Origin: a virus
Strand: one strand, 5' to 3'
Length of the DNA: 64,000 bases
Virus record (IMG/VR): IMGVR_UViG_3300049846_001316
Coordinates: 14,170-78,169 of that record
Shown piece after piece: positions 29,295 through 39,841 of this stretch (the first letter of the stretch is position 1; the number at the start of each line of letters is the position of its first letter). The notes beneath the pieces are model-generated. The model worked only from the letters and a program-made list of their open reading frames with translations. It searched no databases and was not told the DNA's origin. A program made the position numbers and the translations under genes.

Positions 29295-32200
29295 TGGGCG
29301 AGATCTTCGTAGTCCCCACGTCGATCAACGACCCGACTGACCCGACCGGCCTCGGCATGGTCGCAGGCAACGGCGGATGGATCTTCGGTGGCGAGCCGAA
29401 GTACTTCCCCGGCCACGCGAACTACGTGGTGTCGGAAGTGCCGCTGCCCGACGACACCGCCAACAACACCCGAGTCGGCTCGTACACCACGAAGCCGGTG
29501 GGTGGCTCGGCGCTCACGTGGACGTTCAACTACGGAGTCCTGAACCTTCCCTCGAGCGCGCCGCCGACTCTGCTCACGCCGACCATCGTGGTCACCTGGG
29601 ACTTCGGCGACGGCAGCCCCCCCGAGACGGGCCTCTCGGTCACGCACACGTTTCCGGAGGACAACTACTACATCGTCACGATGTACGTGGAGCACGTCGG
29701 CAAGGCGGACTCCAACCCGCGCCTCGCGTCGAAGCCGACCCACATGATCTTCAAGTCGGCTATCACCTACGCCATCACCGCGGACACCGGCATCACTGTG
29801 CTCGATCAGTCGTTCACGAAGATGGTGCTCCCGAACATCTCGGACGCATTCCTCTGGTGGTTCTGTTACGGCTGGGACCCGGCGAACCCGCTCGTCCAGC
29901 ACAACATCGACGGCTTCATCAGCTCGCGCTCGGGGGTGAGCCCGTCCGACCGGAACACGGTTCGACTCCGAGGGCCGGGGTACTTCTACGCATTCGAGTA
30001 CGCCCTCCGGTGGGGGTTGGCGGGTCCGTACGCGTTCACCGACGAGTACGGAAACACGATCTCCGGCATGACCGTCACGAACGGCACCACCGTGGCACCC
30101 GACTGGGTGGAACCGTTCTGCGTGAAGAACCTTGACTTCGATTTCTACGGGTCGATGGTGGTGCAACAGGACAGCCGGATCAAAGGCGCTCCCCGCATCC
30201 CTCTGCGCGGCCAGTTCACCCGGTTCGGGAATCTGATCGACCAGATCGACCTCAAGACTCGTACAGGTGATGCGGCGATCCTTCTTCCTGCCTGGGTGGA
30301 TCGAAAGCTCTCGGCCACCATCGCGGACCGGCCGATCATCGGCAGCACCGGCACACCGATCAAGGGCGACTTCACCAAGGGCGACCGCATCGTTCGGAAC
30401 GTCGACACGCCGCTGCGCGCAGGCTGGGTGAACACCCTCATCGCCGTCGCTTCGGCGTTCGGACTTCCGGACGGCACCTACGTCTCCGAGATCGGACCCA
30501 ACGTCGGCCTCGGACTCGGCTCGAGCGACATCCGCCTGAGTCAGGCATACCAGGGTGTCACGACGACTCAGTTGACGGCGATGATCGCTCGACTCCCGTA
30601 CCAGGACGATCTCACCAAGCGCAACAACACCGTTCTGATCCACAACAACTTCACGACGCCGGAGTCTTACGCCCGCAACAACATCACGCTGGTCAGCACT
30701 CCGGGCAGCAACGTCCTCACCAACGTGAGTGAGCCGGTCCACGACGGCTGGCTTGAGCTCGACATCGCCGGCGGCGGACTTGGTGGTCTGAGCACCACGA
30801 CGACACTCGCCTGCTCGGACGTGCAGACTTCGCTCCCCTCGACCATCACGGCGGCGGGCGGTGACTTCAGCAACGCCGGCATCCCGAGTGCCGGCCGCAT
30901 CAAGATCGCGACGACCTACCTCGATCAGAACGGCAACACGCAGAAGTCGTTCGCCATCATCGCCTACACCGGCAAGTCGACCTCACCGAAGCAGTTCACC
31001 GGCTGCACGCTCGTGTGGGGGCGGGGTGCGTTCGTCTCCGGCGCGGCGCTCGACTTCATCGTGCACATCCTCGAGATCGACGCATCGAACCCGGCGAACC
31101 AGAAGCTCACGGTCAGCAGCCTCCCGGTGGCGACGACGACCGCGAGTCGCAACGCCACGATCCCGTGGACCGCGTTCGCCACCGATCAGCTCCTGATCGA
31201 GCGGCCGATCAACGGACTCGACCCGATCACCACCAAGACGTTCGTCATGGGCGGCTCTCGCATCACCGACGTGGACGCAGCGACCCGGCTCGCTACCGTC
31301 GCCCCCGACGACGACTACATGACCGTCTCCGGAACGTGGCAGTTGGCGGTCGGCACGTCGACGTGGATCACCGACATCTCAGTTCCGGTGGACTCGAACT
31401 GGCTCGGCAAGACCGTGACCAACCCCAACGGTGGAGTCACGGCGAACACCGTCGTGCTTGAGGTCGACACGGTGCTGAACCGCATCCGAGTCCAGAAGCA
31501 GCCGAACACGAACGTGGTCGTCAAGAACTTCCGCATCGGATTTTCGTACGGCTCGTTCCTCAGTGCGGTCACCCGGTGGGGCGGCGCGACCAGCCCTGCG
31601 ATTCGAGAGCGGTTCCAACTGCCGGGCACCGCGGTGATCTCTTCCGCAACGGTCGGAGCGGTCAGCGACGCTACCAAGCAGATCACATTGAAGTCGCCCA
31701 AGGTGGCTGCGCTCACGTCACCGTTCCGGTACGCGGGCTTCACCATGCAGGTCACCGCAGGCTCCCGCAAAGTGAAAGTGCTGTCGCTGGCGGACAGCCG
31801 GCCCCAGGGCGCCATGACCTCGAAGTGGATTGGACTTCGACTTGAATGCATCACAGCAGGGCTGATCCCCGCCTCCCCAACTGACACCCGCGTAGTGGCG
31901 GTGGGTCCCGATGTCGGGCTCGGGCTCGCCACGGACGAGTTTCTGATCGACAATGACCCCCTAGCGGCCGGGACCTCGCAGGGGTACGTACGTGTCGACT
32001 TGAAGCAAGCGGTCGACGTGATCCTCGACGCGGCCTTCGTGCAGAAGGTCGGCGGCGTGCAGTTGCTCACGTTGTCCTCGCCGGGAACCGCACCGCCCGC
32101 GCTCGGGTACGACCCGTCCACCGGGCGCTACGACTACGACTACGCGGGCAAGAAGCTGCTCGGAATGAAGGCCACGGCGAACATCGCTTCGGGCGACCCG

Positions 32201-34633
32201 ACCGTCCGCAAGACCCTCACCACGTGGCGCACCCGCATCGGGGCCAACGTCAACGCCACCTTCCCCATCAGCGCATCATGGGCGGGCAAGTACATCACCG
32301 ACCCGGCCGGGAAGCTCGCCCCCCTCACCAAGATTGTCTCGGTCAACGTGAGCGCCGGAACGGTGCTGCTCGACCGCGAGCCGCTCGTCAGCGGCGTCAT
32401 TGGATCGTTGAGCATCTTCGGGCAGCCGGGGACCCTCACCACCGAATACTGCGACTTCTACGACAGCCTCAGTGGGATCGCCGGTCCGAACCCGGACGCT
32501 GGTGGCCTCATGGGTGACAACATCAACTTCACCGACGCCACCTACCTCGACTGGGACTCCTGGCACGGCGTCGACTTCGGAGCCTGCAAGAACATCACGC
32601 TTCGGAACATGTCGCTCTGGTACCTGTGGGGAGACTTCTTCTTCTTCAAGCCGTACGACCCCTACGGTCAGTCGCAGCACCAGAGCATGAAGGGTTCGCA
32701 GGCGCAGCCGGACACCATCAACATCCATCAGGTGTACGGCCGCGGGTGCGGCCGTCACGCGTTTACGTGGCAGGCCGGAGTCCGCCTCGACGTGGACAGC
32801 GGCGACTACTCCGGCATCGCGCACTGGTTCATCGACAACGAGCCACTCCAGAACGCTCGGATGCTCAAGTGCCGCTGGGCGAACTGCGCGGCCGGTGGTT
32901 CCGGGAGCCCGTACCACTACCTCTCGAAGGGTCCCGGCTCGGTCGTCAACGGCGACGTGCCCCGGCTCATCACTGGAGTCCAGATCACGCAGGGTTCGCC
33001 CATCGCCAAGATCGTCACCGGCGAAGGAACCGGTTGGGAGAAGGATCTCAACGGCACGTTCATCTACGGCAACTGGTTCGACGGTTCGTACCAGGGCTGC
33101 CAGCTCTCGCTTCCGAGCGACACCGGACTCGCCAACTGGACGTACCTGTTGCAGTGGCGCAACTTCGATGAGATCGAGATGTCGCAGAACGCTGACTGGG
33201 GGGCCGCACCGGGGACCACCAAGACCGTCTCCATGCTCATGAAGGGCACCGGTCAGATCCACGATCTGATGTTCGAGTACAACCGGCTCACCCAGGGTCA
33301 GTTCATCATCGACATCGACTCGCAGACGACCAAGCCGACGCAGACTTCATTCTCGAGGATCAACTTCCGGGTCACCGCGACCGCCGGCACTCCGTACGTG
33401 CAGATCACGAGCATGGACGCACGAGCGGACGGCACGAGCTACGAGCCTGATTCGACTTGGATCAATCAGGTGTTCCGTCCCTCGGTCGCCAACTACTTCC
33501 CGTCGCAGCCTGCTCCGAAGATCCTGGAGATCGGTCCGAGCCTCACGGACCCGAACCTGCCGACCAAGTTCCACATGAAGCTCGACCGCAACACGCTCAA
33601 GAGTGTGACCGGGATGTTGTGCTCGATCGCCCCGCTGTTGGAGTGGCACCGCGGGTTCACGTTCCAGTACAACTGCCAAAGTGCGACGGGCTCCTACGAC
33701 GGCGACACCGGAGCTCCCGGCCTGCCGCTGCTGCGCCTCGGGCGGGGGTGGACTGATGTACTTGTACGTGGGAACATCATCCCGTTCGTCGAGCGCACCG
33801 ACCCGGCGACTCGGAGCTACCTGCTCGGCTGGCTGAACAACTCTCGTCAGGCACGGATGTTCACCCGCGACGGCGCGCCGCCCAACCTGCCGGCCGGAAC
33901 TTCGTGGCAGGAGTACGACAACTACCTGCCGGGCGCGGCCGACAACGACCTCACGCCGAGCGGCACGATCACCGCCGCAATCACGTTCGATCAGAACCCG
34001 CACTCGAACCTGACTCCGGTCACCTACACCGTGACGCTCACCAGCTCCACCGGCGACCCGGTGGACGGGTATGTCTCGATCCTCGAAACGACGAACGCCT
34101 CGGACACCACACCGCCCGTGCTCAACAACGCTGGACAGGTCAAGTTGGTCGGCGGCGTGGCGACGTTCACGACGGCCGCACCGAAGCCTGACGGCACGTA
34201 CTACGTCAGAGTCCGCTACAACGGCGGCTGCTCCCCGCAGGATCAGCGGTACCAGTCGCCCACTGCAACGACCCTCACCGTGGGCACGGTGGCGACCAAA
34301 GAGGACACGATCACGACGGCGACGGCGAGCCCCAACCCGCCGATCGACGGCCAGCCCGCGAGCGTCGGCGCGACGGTCACCGGGATCACGAGTCAGCCCA
34401 CGGGTACCGTGCGCCTGAGCGGAACCGCGGTCGGGACTCCGGTCGACCTTGTGCTCGTCGGCGGACAGGTGTCACTCAACCGGACCTTCGACCCAGGCAC
34501 ATACACACTGCTCGCGGAGTACCTGGGGGACAATCTCCACAACCCGAGCTCGAGCACCATCACGTTCACCGTGGAGGAAGTGATCGTCGTGCAGAACGGC
34601 GAGGAGTGGACTGCCGGCAGGGTCGGGTCTTGA
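29294..34633 (+). CDS. Large tail fibre/adhesin (PKD domain, beta-rich repeats, beta-helix segments, C-terminal Ig-like domains)
   Basis: TWDFGDG PKD motif; two C-terminal Big-like domains (PTGTV.L...GTYTL.AEY.GD); Thr/Val/Gly rich. Confidence 0.7.
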   Translation: MGEIFVVPTSINDPTDPTGLGMVAGNGGWIFGGEPKYFPGHANYVVSEVPLPDDTANNTRVGSYTTKPVGGSALTWTFNYGVLNLPSSAPPTLLTPTIVVTWDFGDGSPPETGLSVTHTFPEDNYYIVTMYVEHVGKADSNPRLASKPTHMIFKSAITYAITADTGITVLDQSFTKMVLPNISDAFLWWFCYGWDPANPLVQHNIDGFISSRSGVSPSDRNTVRLRGPGYFYAFEYALRWGLAGPYAFTDEYGNTISGMTVTNGTTVAPDWVEPFCVKNLDFDFYGSMVVQQDSRIKGAPRIPLRGQFTRFGNLIDQIDLKTRTGDAAILLPAWVDRKLSATIADRPIIGSTGTPIKGDFTKGDRIVRNVDTPLRAGWVNTLIAVASAFGLPDGTYVSEIGPNVGLGLGSSDIRLSQAYQGVTTTQLTAMIARLPYQDDLTKRNNTVLIHNNFTTPESYARNNITLVSTPGSNVLTNVSEPVHDGWLELDIAGGGLGGLSTTTTLACSDVQTSLPSTITAAGGDFSNAGIPSAGRIKIATTYLDQNGNTQKSFAIIAYTGKSTSPKQFTGCTLVWGRGAFVSGAALDFIVHILEIDASNPANQKLTVSSLPVATTTASRNATIPWTAFATDQLLIERPINGLDPITTKTFVMGGSRITDVDAATRLATVAPDDDYMTVSGTWQLAVGTSTWITDISVPVDSNWLGKTVTNPNGGVTANTVVLEVDTVLNRIRVQKQPNTNVVVKNFRIGFSYGSFLSAVTRWGGATSPAIRERFQLPGTAVISSATVGAVSDATKQITLKSPKVAALTSPFRYAGFTMQVTAGSRKVKVLSLADSRPQGAMTSKWIGLRLECITAGLIPASPTDTRVVAVGPDVGLGLATDEFLIDNDPLAAGTSQGYVRVDLKQAVDVILDAAFVQKVGGVQLLTLSSPGTAPPALGYDPSTGRYDYDYAGKKLLGMKATANIASGDPTVRKTLTTWRTRIGANVNATFPISASWAGKYITDPAGKLAPLTKIVSVNVSAGTVLLDREPLVSGVIGSLSIFGQPGTLTTEYCDFYDSLSGIAGPNPDAGGLMGDNINFTDATYLDWDSWHGVDFGACKNITLRNMSLWYLWGDFFFFKPYDPYGQSQHQSMKGSQAQPDTINIHQVYGRGCGRHAFTWQAGVRLDVDSGDYSGIAHWFIDNEPLQNARMLKCRWANCAAGGSGSPYHYLSKGPGSVVNGDVPRLITGVQITQGSPIAKIVTGEGTGWEKDLNGTFIYGNWFDGSYQGCQLSLPSDTGLANWTYLLQWRNFDEIEMSQNADWGAAPGTTKTVSMLMKGTGQIHDLMFEYNRLTQGQFIIDIDSQTTKPTQTSFSRINFRVTATAGTPYVQITSMDARADGTSYEPDSTWINQVFRPSVANYFPSQPAPKILEIGPSLTDPNLPTKFHMKLDRNTLKSVTGMLCSIAPLLEWHRGFTFQYNCQSATGSYDGDTGAPGLPLLRLGRGWTDVLVRGNIIPFVERTDPATRSYLLGWLNNSRQARMFTRDGAPPNLPAGTSWQEYDNYLPGAADNDLTPSGTITAAITFDQNPHSNLTPVTYTVTLTSSTGDPVDGYVSILETTNASDTTPPVLNNAGQVKLVGGVATFTTAAPKPDGTYYVRVRYNGGCSPQDQRYQSPTATTLTVGTVATKEDTITTATASPNPPIDGQPASVGATVTGITSQPTGTVRLSGTAVGTPVDLVLVGGQVSLNRTFDPGTYTLLAEYLGDNLHNPSSSTITFTVEEVIVVQNGEEWTAGRVGS

Positions 34634-34746
34634 TGATCCCTCAGATTGGAGAACACGTAGGTAGGATGTTTCCGTTTCCGGGTACACCCTCACTCGTGAC
34701 CGAACCCCGAAGGGAAGCGCGCAAAGTGGGCTGCATCACTGCGGCA

Positions 34747-35358
34747 ATGAAGGACGAGCCGATGCCGAGAGAATCGCACCACTTGGAGCGAGCTCAACGA
34801 GCATTGAAGTGGTCGATCGTCTTCGCCGCCGTGGCCATGCTGTTCCTGCTCGGCGCCTTCGTGCAGCACAACTACTTGGAGCCTGGGCCATGGGACCCGC
34901 TCGGTGACTACCCCATGCAAGTGGTGATGAACGATCAGCGGGTGATCGACCCCGGCGAGACGGTCTGGATTCGTGCGGTCAAGTGCGTCGACAGCTCGAA
35001 GCCGGTTGTGGTCGAGGGCCACTCCCAGTGGCAGTCAGTCCTCCCTCCCGGCACCATCGTTCCGAACGGCAACGGCACCGCGACTCGCTATCCTGCAGGT
35101 GTGCGCGCACCGAAGCTCCACGGCATCAACCAGCCGCAGCCGGACAAGAACGGCTGCACGACGTACGAGTACGAGAACGTGCTGCCGGACATCGTGTTCG
35201 ACCGGGCAGCCGAGGTGTGCAAAGCCACTGGGCACTCGAGCCTGTGGAGGCTCACGGGGGCGGAGACGCCGGTGCGCGATGGCGAAGAAGGTGTGACGCG
35301 GGCATGGGAGTCGCAGGCGTTTCGCATCGGATGTCTTGGGGACACAGGGGGACAGTGA
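34747..35358 (+). CDS. Membrane-anchored protein with Cys-containing extracellular domain
   Basis: One N-terminal TM segment (WSIVFAAVAMLFLLGAFV); start uncertain. Confidence 0.55.
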   Translation: MKDEPMPRESHHLERAQRALKWSIVFAAVAMLFLLGAFVQHNYLEPGPWDPLGDYPMQVVMNDQRVIDPGETVWIRAVKCVDSSKPVVVEGHSQWQSVLPPGTIVPNGNGTATRYPAGVRAPKLHGINQPQPDKNGCTTYEYENVLPDIVFDRAAEVCKATGHSSLWRLTGAETPVRDGEEGVTRAWESQAFRIGCLGDTGGQ

Positions 35359-35361
35359 GGC

Positions 35362-35601
35362 GTGCAGCAAATCCCACGCAGTCAGCGGCGGCAGTCGCTG
35401 CCGGACGCGCTCCGACTTCAGCTCGCCGAAGATGATCTGGACGACATGGAATCCAACATGGAGAAGCTCATCGCTTCGGTCGACCACCAGATCGACGAGT
35501 TCCGCGCCGCCGCCGCCAAGAACACCGCGGTGCTCGTCGGCATCCTCGTGTCCGTAGCGACGGCGGCGATCCTGCTGGCCATCAACCTCGTCACGCAGTA
35601 G
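35362..35601 (+). CDS. Small coiled-coil + C-terminal TM protein (holin-like candidate)
   Basis: 79 aa; last gene of the late operon; hydrophobic C-terminus. Confidence 0.45.
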   Translation: MQQIPRSQRRQSLPDALRLQLAEDDLDDMESNMEKLIASVDHQIDEFRAAAAKNTAVLVGILVSVATAAILLAINLVTQ

Positions 35602-35621
35602 ACCTCGTTCTCTGAGGCCCC

Positions 35622-36737
35622 TCAGGCGCTCTGAGCGGCCAGATCGGTGTAGGCGTCGATCCAGTCGCTCCAACGCTGCCTCACGTCAAGCTGGGCCACG
35701 GAGACGAGCCCTTCGGCGCCGATCCGCTCCCGCTCCGCGGGGTCCGCGAGGCGCTCTAGGTGCTTTGTCCAATCTGCCGGTTTCCGAGCGAGCAGCCCGA
35801 GGCCATGCTCCCGGTGGAGCCATTCGTACTCCGGGGTGGCCTGCGCCACGAACGGGATGCCCGAGGCGGCGTACTCCATCCCCTTGATCGAGCTCTTGGC
35901 CAGGTTGAAGGGCGAGTTCGACAGCGGCACGAGTCCGATGTTGATGCCCTCGAACAACTCGGGGTACCGCTCGATGCCGCACATGGGCTTTGTGAAGACC
36001 CGCGCGCCACCCGGCAGCTTCATCGCCGCCTCGATCGAAGTGGCGGTCGGCCGGGGGTCGTGCCCTCCGTGGTAGAGACGTGCTCTCGGGTGACGAGCCA
36101 AGAACTGCTTCACCGCCCACCCGATCGTTTCGAGATCTCCGGACCGGAATCCAGTTGCTCCGACCCAGCCCAAGTGCGGCTCGCCGGCGAGCGGCTGTGG
36201 TGTCCACCGCTCCAAGTCGATGGCGTTGCGCACCACCGCGATCGGCTTGTCCGGGAACTTCTGCTGGTACCGCTCCTTCAAGTACGGAGTGCTCACTGTG
36301 ATGGCGCTTGAGGCAGCGATGTTGCGCTGATAGAACTCCCGATTCGATCTCGGGTTGTGGTGCGGGTGAGTCGCTTTCCAGGCGTAGTTCCGCGGGTCGA
36401 GTCCGGGATACCAGTCGTCGATGTCTTGGATGACGATTTGCCCGTACGCTCGAGCGCGGAGGAGCCCCTTGACTCCATCTTCCATCCATCGTTGGATGAC
36501 GATGACGTCGAACCCGTCGAACTCGTTGCCTTCCCAGTCAACGAGCACGAGTTCACCACTCGGCCGCTGGTTCACCGCACCGAACTGCCGGGTGTAGATC
36601 CCGTTCAACCGAAGTTGCCGGGACGGGAGTCCGATGCGGTACCAGCCGGCTCCGCCCAGGGTGGGGTGGCCTTCTGCGTCTCGCGTGTTGGAGTAGTCGA
36701 CGGTCGCGAAGCCGATCTTCACCGCACGAATCTCCAA
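35622..36737 (-). CDS. Glycosyltransferase, GT-B (GT4-like)
   Basis: GWYR..LP, DIDD, ITVST..L, GWVG, IGLVPL...FN.AKS.IK.MEYAA.GIP. Confidence 0.85.
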   Translation of the reverse strand: MEIRAVKIGFATVDYSNTRDAEGHPTLGGAGWYRIGLPSRQLRLNGIYTRQFGAVNQRPSGELVLVDWEGNEFDGFDVIVIQRWMEDGVKGLLRARAYGQIVIQDIDDWYPGLDPRNYAWKATHPHHNPRSNREFYQRNIAASSAITVSTPYLKERYQQKFPDKPIAVVRNAIDLERWTPQPLAGEPHLGWVGATGFRSGDLETIGWAVKQFLARHPRARLYHGGHDPRPTATSIEAAMKLPGGARVFTKPMCGIERYPELFEGINIGLVPLSNSPFNLAKSSIKGMEYAASGIPFVAQATPEYEWLHREHGLGLLARKPADWTKHLERLADPAERERIGAEGLVSVAQLDVRQRWSDWIDAYTDLAAQSA

Positions 36738-36840
36738 ACGACGAAGATCACAAGGCCGACCGCGGCGTACACGCCGAGTGAGATCATGCAGCCGTTGTAC
36801 AAGCCGCGCGCCTCACGGAGAGGGTCCTTGAGTTCGTCCA

Positions 36841-37011
36841 TCAGTACGTATGGATCTTCACGAACTTGCCGCCCATGTGCGAGCTGCCGTCCTGACAGAG
36901 GCGGACTTCACGGATCTCGCGCATCGCGGTCGGGGAGACTCCCACCATGACCTGCGCGCCGTCGTGCTCGTTGATGTCCATGAGCGCCTGGATCAACTCG
37001 TCGATGTTCAC
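36841..37011 (-). CDS. Hypothetical protein
   Basis: GTG start coupled to the upstream stop; 56 aa. Confidence 0.45.
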   Translation of the reverse strand: MNIDELIQALMDINEHDGAQVMVGVSPTAMREIREVRLCQDGSSHMGGKFVKIHTY

Positions 37012-37721
37012 CGCTTCATTCCCCCATACTTCTTGTTGAATCGAACAAGGTCGTCGTACTTGGTCTGGTGGAGCTCTGGTACCTGTTGGGCAGAGTATTC
37101 GCCCATGTGGTCGACCGGAAGTCCGGTCACGATGGCGGGCTTGGCGCCGGCGATCTCGAGTTGACGCACGAGGTCGTCGTCTCCGCACCACCACTCGAAC
37201 TGCGGGTCCACGAAGGGCACTCCGCGCGTGGTGTGCCACTCCGCGGCGAACATGAAGGCCCAGCCGCAGATCCCGTGGTTGCGGTAGGTCCCGCGCACGA
37301 GATCAGGCCCGTGGTGCACCGAGTGCGCCGACAGCGGAAGTCGGTAGTCCGGGCACACGATCCCGCGATCCGGGTCAGCTCGCAGCTCCTCTGCCAGAGG
37401 AGCGAGGAACTCCTGAGTCGGAATCGTGATGTCGTCGTTGAGGAACGCGAGATTGATCTCCTCGTCCGGGTACGACTCCAGCAGCATCGACCAGGCGAAG
37501 TTCCACATCCCGTAGAGGTCGTGATGTAGGTGCGCCGGAGGATGCCAGACTTCGAGCTTCGGGTCGCGCTCGTCCTCGGGCAGCCAATGGCGGAGGCGCT
37601 GATCGTCGGTGTCATCGAGAACGATGACGAGATCGTGCTCGTCCAGATAGCGCAGGTCCACGAGGAGTTGGCGGAACGTGTCCGGGACGAACCGAGTCGG
37701 GATGGCAGCGATTGTTTTCAC
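37008..37721 (-). CDS. Glycosyltransferase, GT-A (GT2-like)
   Basis: AIPT, VLDD, WN, FLNDD, GWAF, WWCGDDDL motifs. Confidence 0.8.
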   Translation of the reverse strand: MKTIAAIPTRFVPDTFRQLLVDLRYLDEHDLVIVLDDTDDQRLRHWLPEDERDPKLEVWHPPAHLHHDLYGMWNFAWSMLLESYPDEEINLAFLNDDITIPTQEFLAPLAEELRADPDRGIVCPDYRLPLSAHSVHHGPDLVRGTYRNHGICGWAFMFAAEWHTTRGVPFVDPQFEWWCGDDDLVRQLEIAGAKPAIVTGLPVDHMGEYSAQQVPELHQTKYDDLVRFNKKYGGMKR

Positions 37722-38176
37722 TCTTCATCCTCCCCAAACTCGGTGCCGCACCAGTCGCAGCGGTCGTGGGTCCACGAGTGGTTGCAGTGGTGGCCGCACG
37801 GACGCTTGCTCTCCGGGCACTCGTTGAGTGGGTACGTCTCGTGCGTCGGGTCTTCGGTGCAGGTGTCGCAGGACTCGGAGTCATCGCTCACCTCGTCGAT
37901 CTGGGCCGGCACCTCGTCGACCTCGGGTTCCTCCTCGATCCGAGTGCGCGAGTTCCGGTGCTCGAAGCCGTCCTCCTTCGCAGAGTTGACGATCTGCTTG
38001 GCAACGACTTCGATTGCTTCCCGGTCGGACGGGTTGAGCACGAGTCCACCCGCCATGCGGCGGGCGAGCTCGATGCTCGGAACGTGGCCCTGCGCGGCGC
38101 ACTCGCAGATGTCCGATCCGCACGAGTGGTGATTCAGCGACCCGCAGTGGCCGCAGATGTACAGGTTCTTCTTCAC
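37718..38176 (-). CDS. Cys/His-rich hypothetical protein (multiple Zn-binding motifs)
   Basis: CGHC, CECA, CDTC, CGHHCNH, CDWC. Confidence 0.5.
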   Translation of the reverse strand: MKKNLYICGHCGSLNHHSCGSDICECAAQGHVPSIELARRMAGGLVLNPSDREAIEVVAKQIVNSAKEDGFEHRNSRTRIEEEPEVDEVPAQIDEVSDDSESCDTCTEDPTHETYPLNECPESKRPCGHHCNHSWTHDRCDWCGTEFGEDEE

Positions 38177-38445
38177 GCTTCCTCGCACTCCCCTTCCAGG
38201 TTCTCCTCGTCCTCGCAGGTGCAGATGCTCTGGTTGTGAGTCAAGCACCACTGGAACGGGTAGGCCATCTTCTTCTCGGGTTCGGGGAGCACGCGCAGGC
38301 GCATGATCTCGACGGGATTCTCCTCGTCGGTCAGCATGTCCTCGATGTCACCCCAGTCGTTCTCGCCGTAGCAGGCGAAGAACGTGTACTCACCGATGTC
38401 CTCGCCATCGGCGCGCATGACGATGTGGCTCGGGATCTTCCTCAT
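38173..38445 (-). CDS. Hypothetical protein
   Basis: ATG coupled to the upstream stop; acidic, C-terminal C-x2-H-x4-C-x-C. Confidence 0.45.
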   Translation of the reverse strand: MRKIPSHIVMRADGEDIGEYTFFACYGENDWGDIEDMLTDEENPVEIMRLRVLPEPEKKMAYPFQWCLTHNQSICTCEDEENLEGECEEA

Positions 38446-39218
38446 CGGTAGTACGTCCTGTCCGCGTCGCGCTCCTCGACTCCGACGAGGGGCTCGACGT
38501 GGGTGCCCACGACGTCGTGCCGCACCCACGTCTGGCCGAATCCGAACTCCTGCGCGTCGGCCTGGAAGCACGGATCGTCGGTCGAGCCGGACTGCAAGTC
38601 CCAACGCCACCGCATCTTCCGGAACACGTCTCGACGCACCATCATGAACCCGGCGGTCGTCCAGTGCTCCTGGAGATCCATGTCCCGGTACTCCGGGTTC
38701 GGGACCTTCGGCCCGGAGTGCGCGTAGTTCGGCACGTGCCCGCAGACGATCCCGTGGTCGACCTCGAGGAGTCGGTTCACCGAGTCGGCCGGCACGCTGG
38801 TGTCGGTGTCGATGAACAGGATGTGCGAGATGCTGAAGTCCGACTGCGCGTACTCGTGGGCGAGGTTGCGTCCGGCGCAGATGCGGTGCAGCCGACTCCG
38901 GCCGTCGAACTCCTGGATCAGATCATCGACCCGGAACTGCCACGTCACCACGTCCCACGCGGGGTCGGCCGCAGCCTTGACCTCGCACAGACGATCTTCG
39001 AGCGCGTCGTACGGCTCCATGCCGCGGCCGTCGACCTCGGCGGCGAGGAAGTGGGTCAGGCGGATGCCCGCGTCCTCGGCACGCATCAGGCGTTCCTCGG
39101 CGCGGTCGAGCCACGCCAGCTCACCGACGCCGTTGCACTTCCACGGCGCGCACGTGGTCGCAACGAGCACGTGCGGTGTCTCAGGCGGTGGCGTTCGTAC
39201 GATGTCCACGAGGGTCAT
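38442..39218 (-). CDS. Glycosyltransferase, GT-A-like
   Basis: GRN, HILFIDTD (DxD), GFMMVRRDVF, DDPCF, WV..DV...H. Confidence 0.75.
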   Translation of the reverse strand: MTLVDIVRTPPPETPHVLVATTCAPWKCNGVGELAWLDRAEERLMRAEDAGIRLTHFLAAEVDGRGMEPYDALEDRLCEVKAAADPAWDVVTWQFRVDDLIQEFDGRSRLHRICAGRNLAHEYAQSDFSISHILFIDTDTSVPADSVNRLLEVDHGIVCGHVPNYAHSGPKVPNPEYRDMDLQEHWTTAGFMMVRRDVFRKMRWRWDLQSGSTDDPCFQADAQEFGFGQTWVRHDVVGTHVEPLVGVEERDADRTYYR

Positions 39219-39229
39219 GAGGGTCCTTC

Positions 39230-39841
39230 CTAGGTCCAGAGATTGAACTCGGGGTTGGCTTGGTTTCTATCGAGCCACCGGAGCAGCTTGGGGAGATTCG
39301 TGTCGGGGCCGAAGCCAAGGTAGGTGCCGTCCGCGGTCGCGCACCCCAGCGAGTCGGCGTACTTGAGGCGGCTGAACGAGTTGACCCGGCCCATGTGGAC
39401 CGGCATCCCCCGCCGCACGCCCTCGGTGATCAGTGCCCGAGCATCGGGACTGAGCTTCCATTCGGTCGAGCCGCCAATGAAGAGGGTGTGCGCCTCGTCC
39501 CACGGGATCGACTCGATGGTGGCACCGTCTTGCAGAACGATCGCGCGTGGCCACGCGTGGAGGTAGTCGCACCAGTCCCGCCACGACGCGAGTGTCGCTT
39601 CCCAGTCGTACAGGACGTCAGGGACAGCCACGAAGAGACAGCCCGCCATGAACGGGCGATACGCCTCGAGAGCAGAAAGATACGCGTCCTCGTCGAAGCC
39701 CGCGTACGCACCGTTGTCGAGTCCCCACTTCCACCCGTGGCGGACCTTGTTACGGGTCGCAGGGGTGACGAACGCACCGAGTGTGCCTTCGGTGATGAGG
39801 CCCTTGACCACATCGTTATGCGGAGTCACGAGGTACAGCAC
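39230..39841 (-). CDS. DpdA-like / TGT-fold deazapurine DNA transglycosylase
   Basis: WGLDNGAY, VAVPDV, VLQDG, LFIGGS, VHMGRVN, ADGT; coupled to QueF-like and VUT genes. Confidence 0.65.
   Translation of the reverse strand: MLYLVTPHNDVVKGLITEGTLGAFVTPATRNKVRHGWKWGLDNGAYAGFDEDAYLSALEAYRPFMAGCLFVAVPDVLYDWEATLASWRDWCDYLHAWPRAIVLQDGATIESIPWDEAHTLFIGGSTEWKLSPDARALITEGVRRGMPVHMGRVNSFSRLKYADSLGCATADGTYLGFGPDTNLPKLLRWLDRNQANPEFNLWT

Noticed and set aside
27489-34633. Diversity-generating retroelement acting on tail fibres
   Set aside because: No reverse transcriptase and no TR/VR repeat pair noticed
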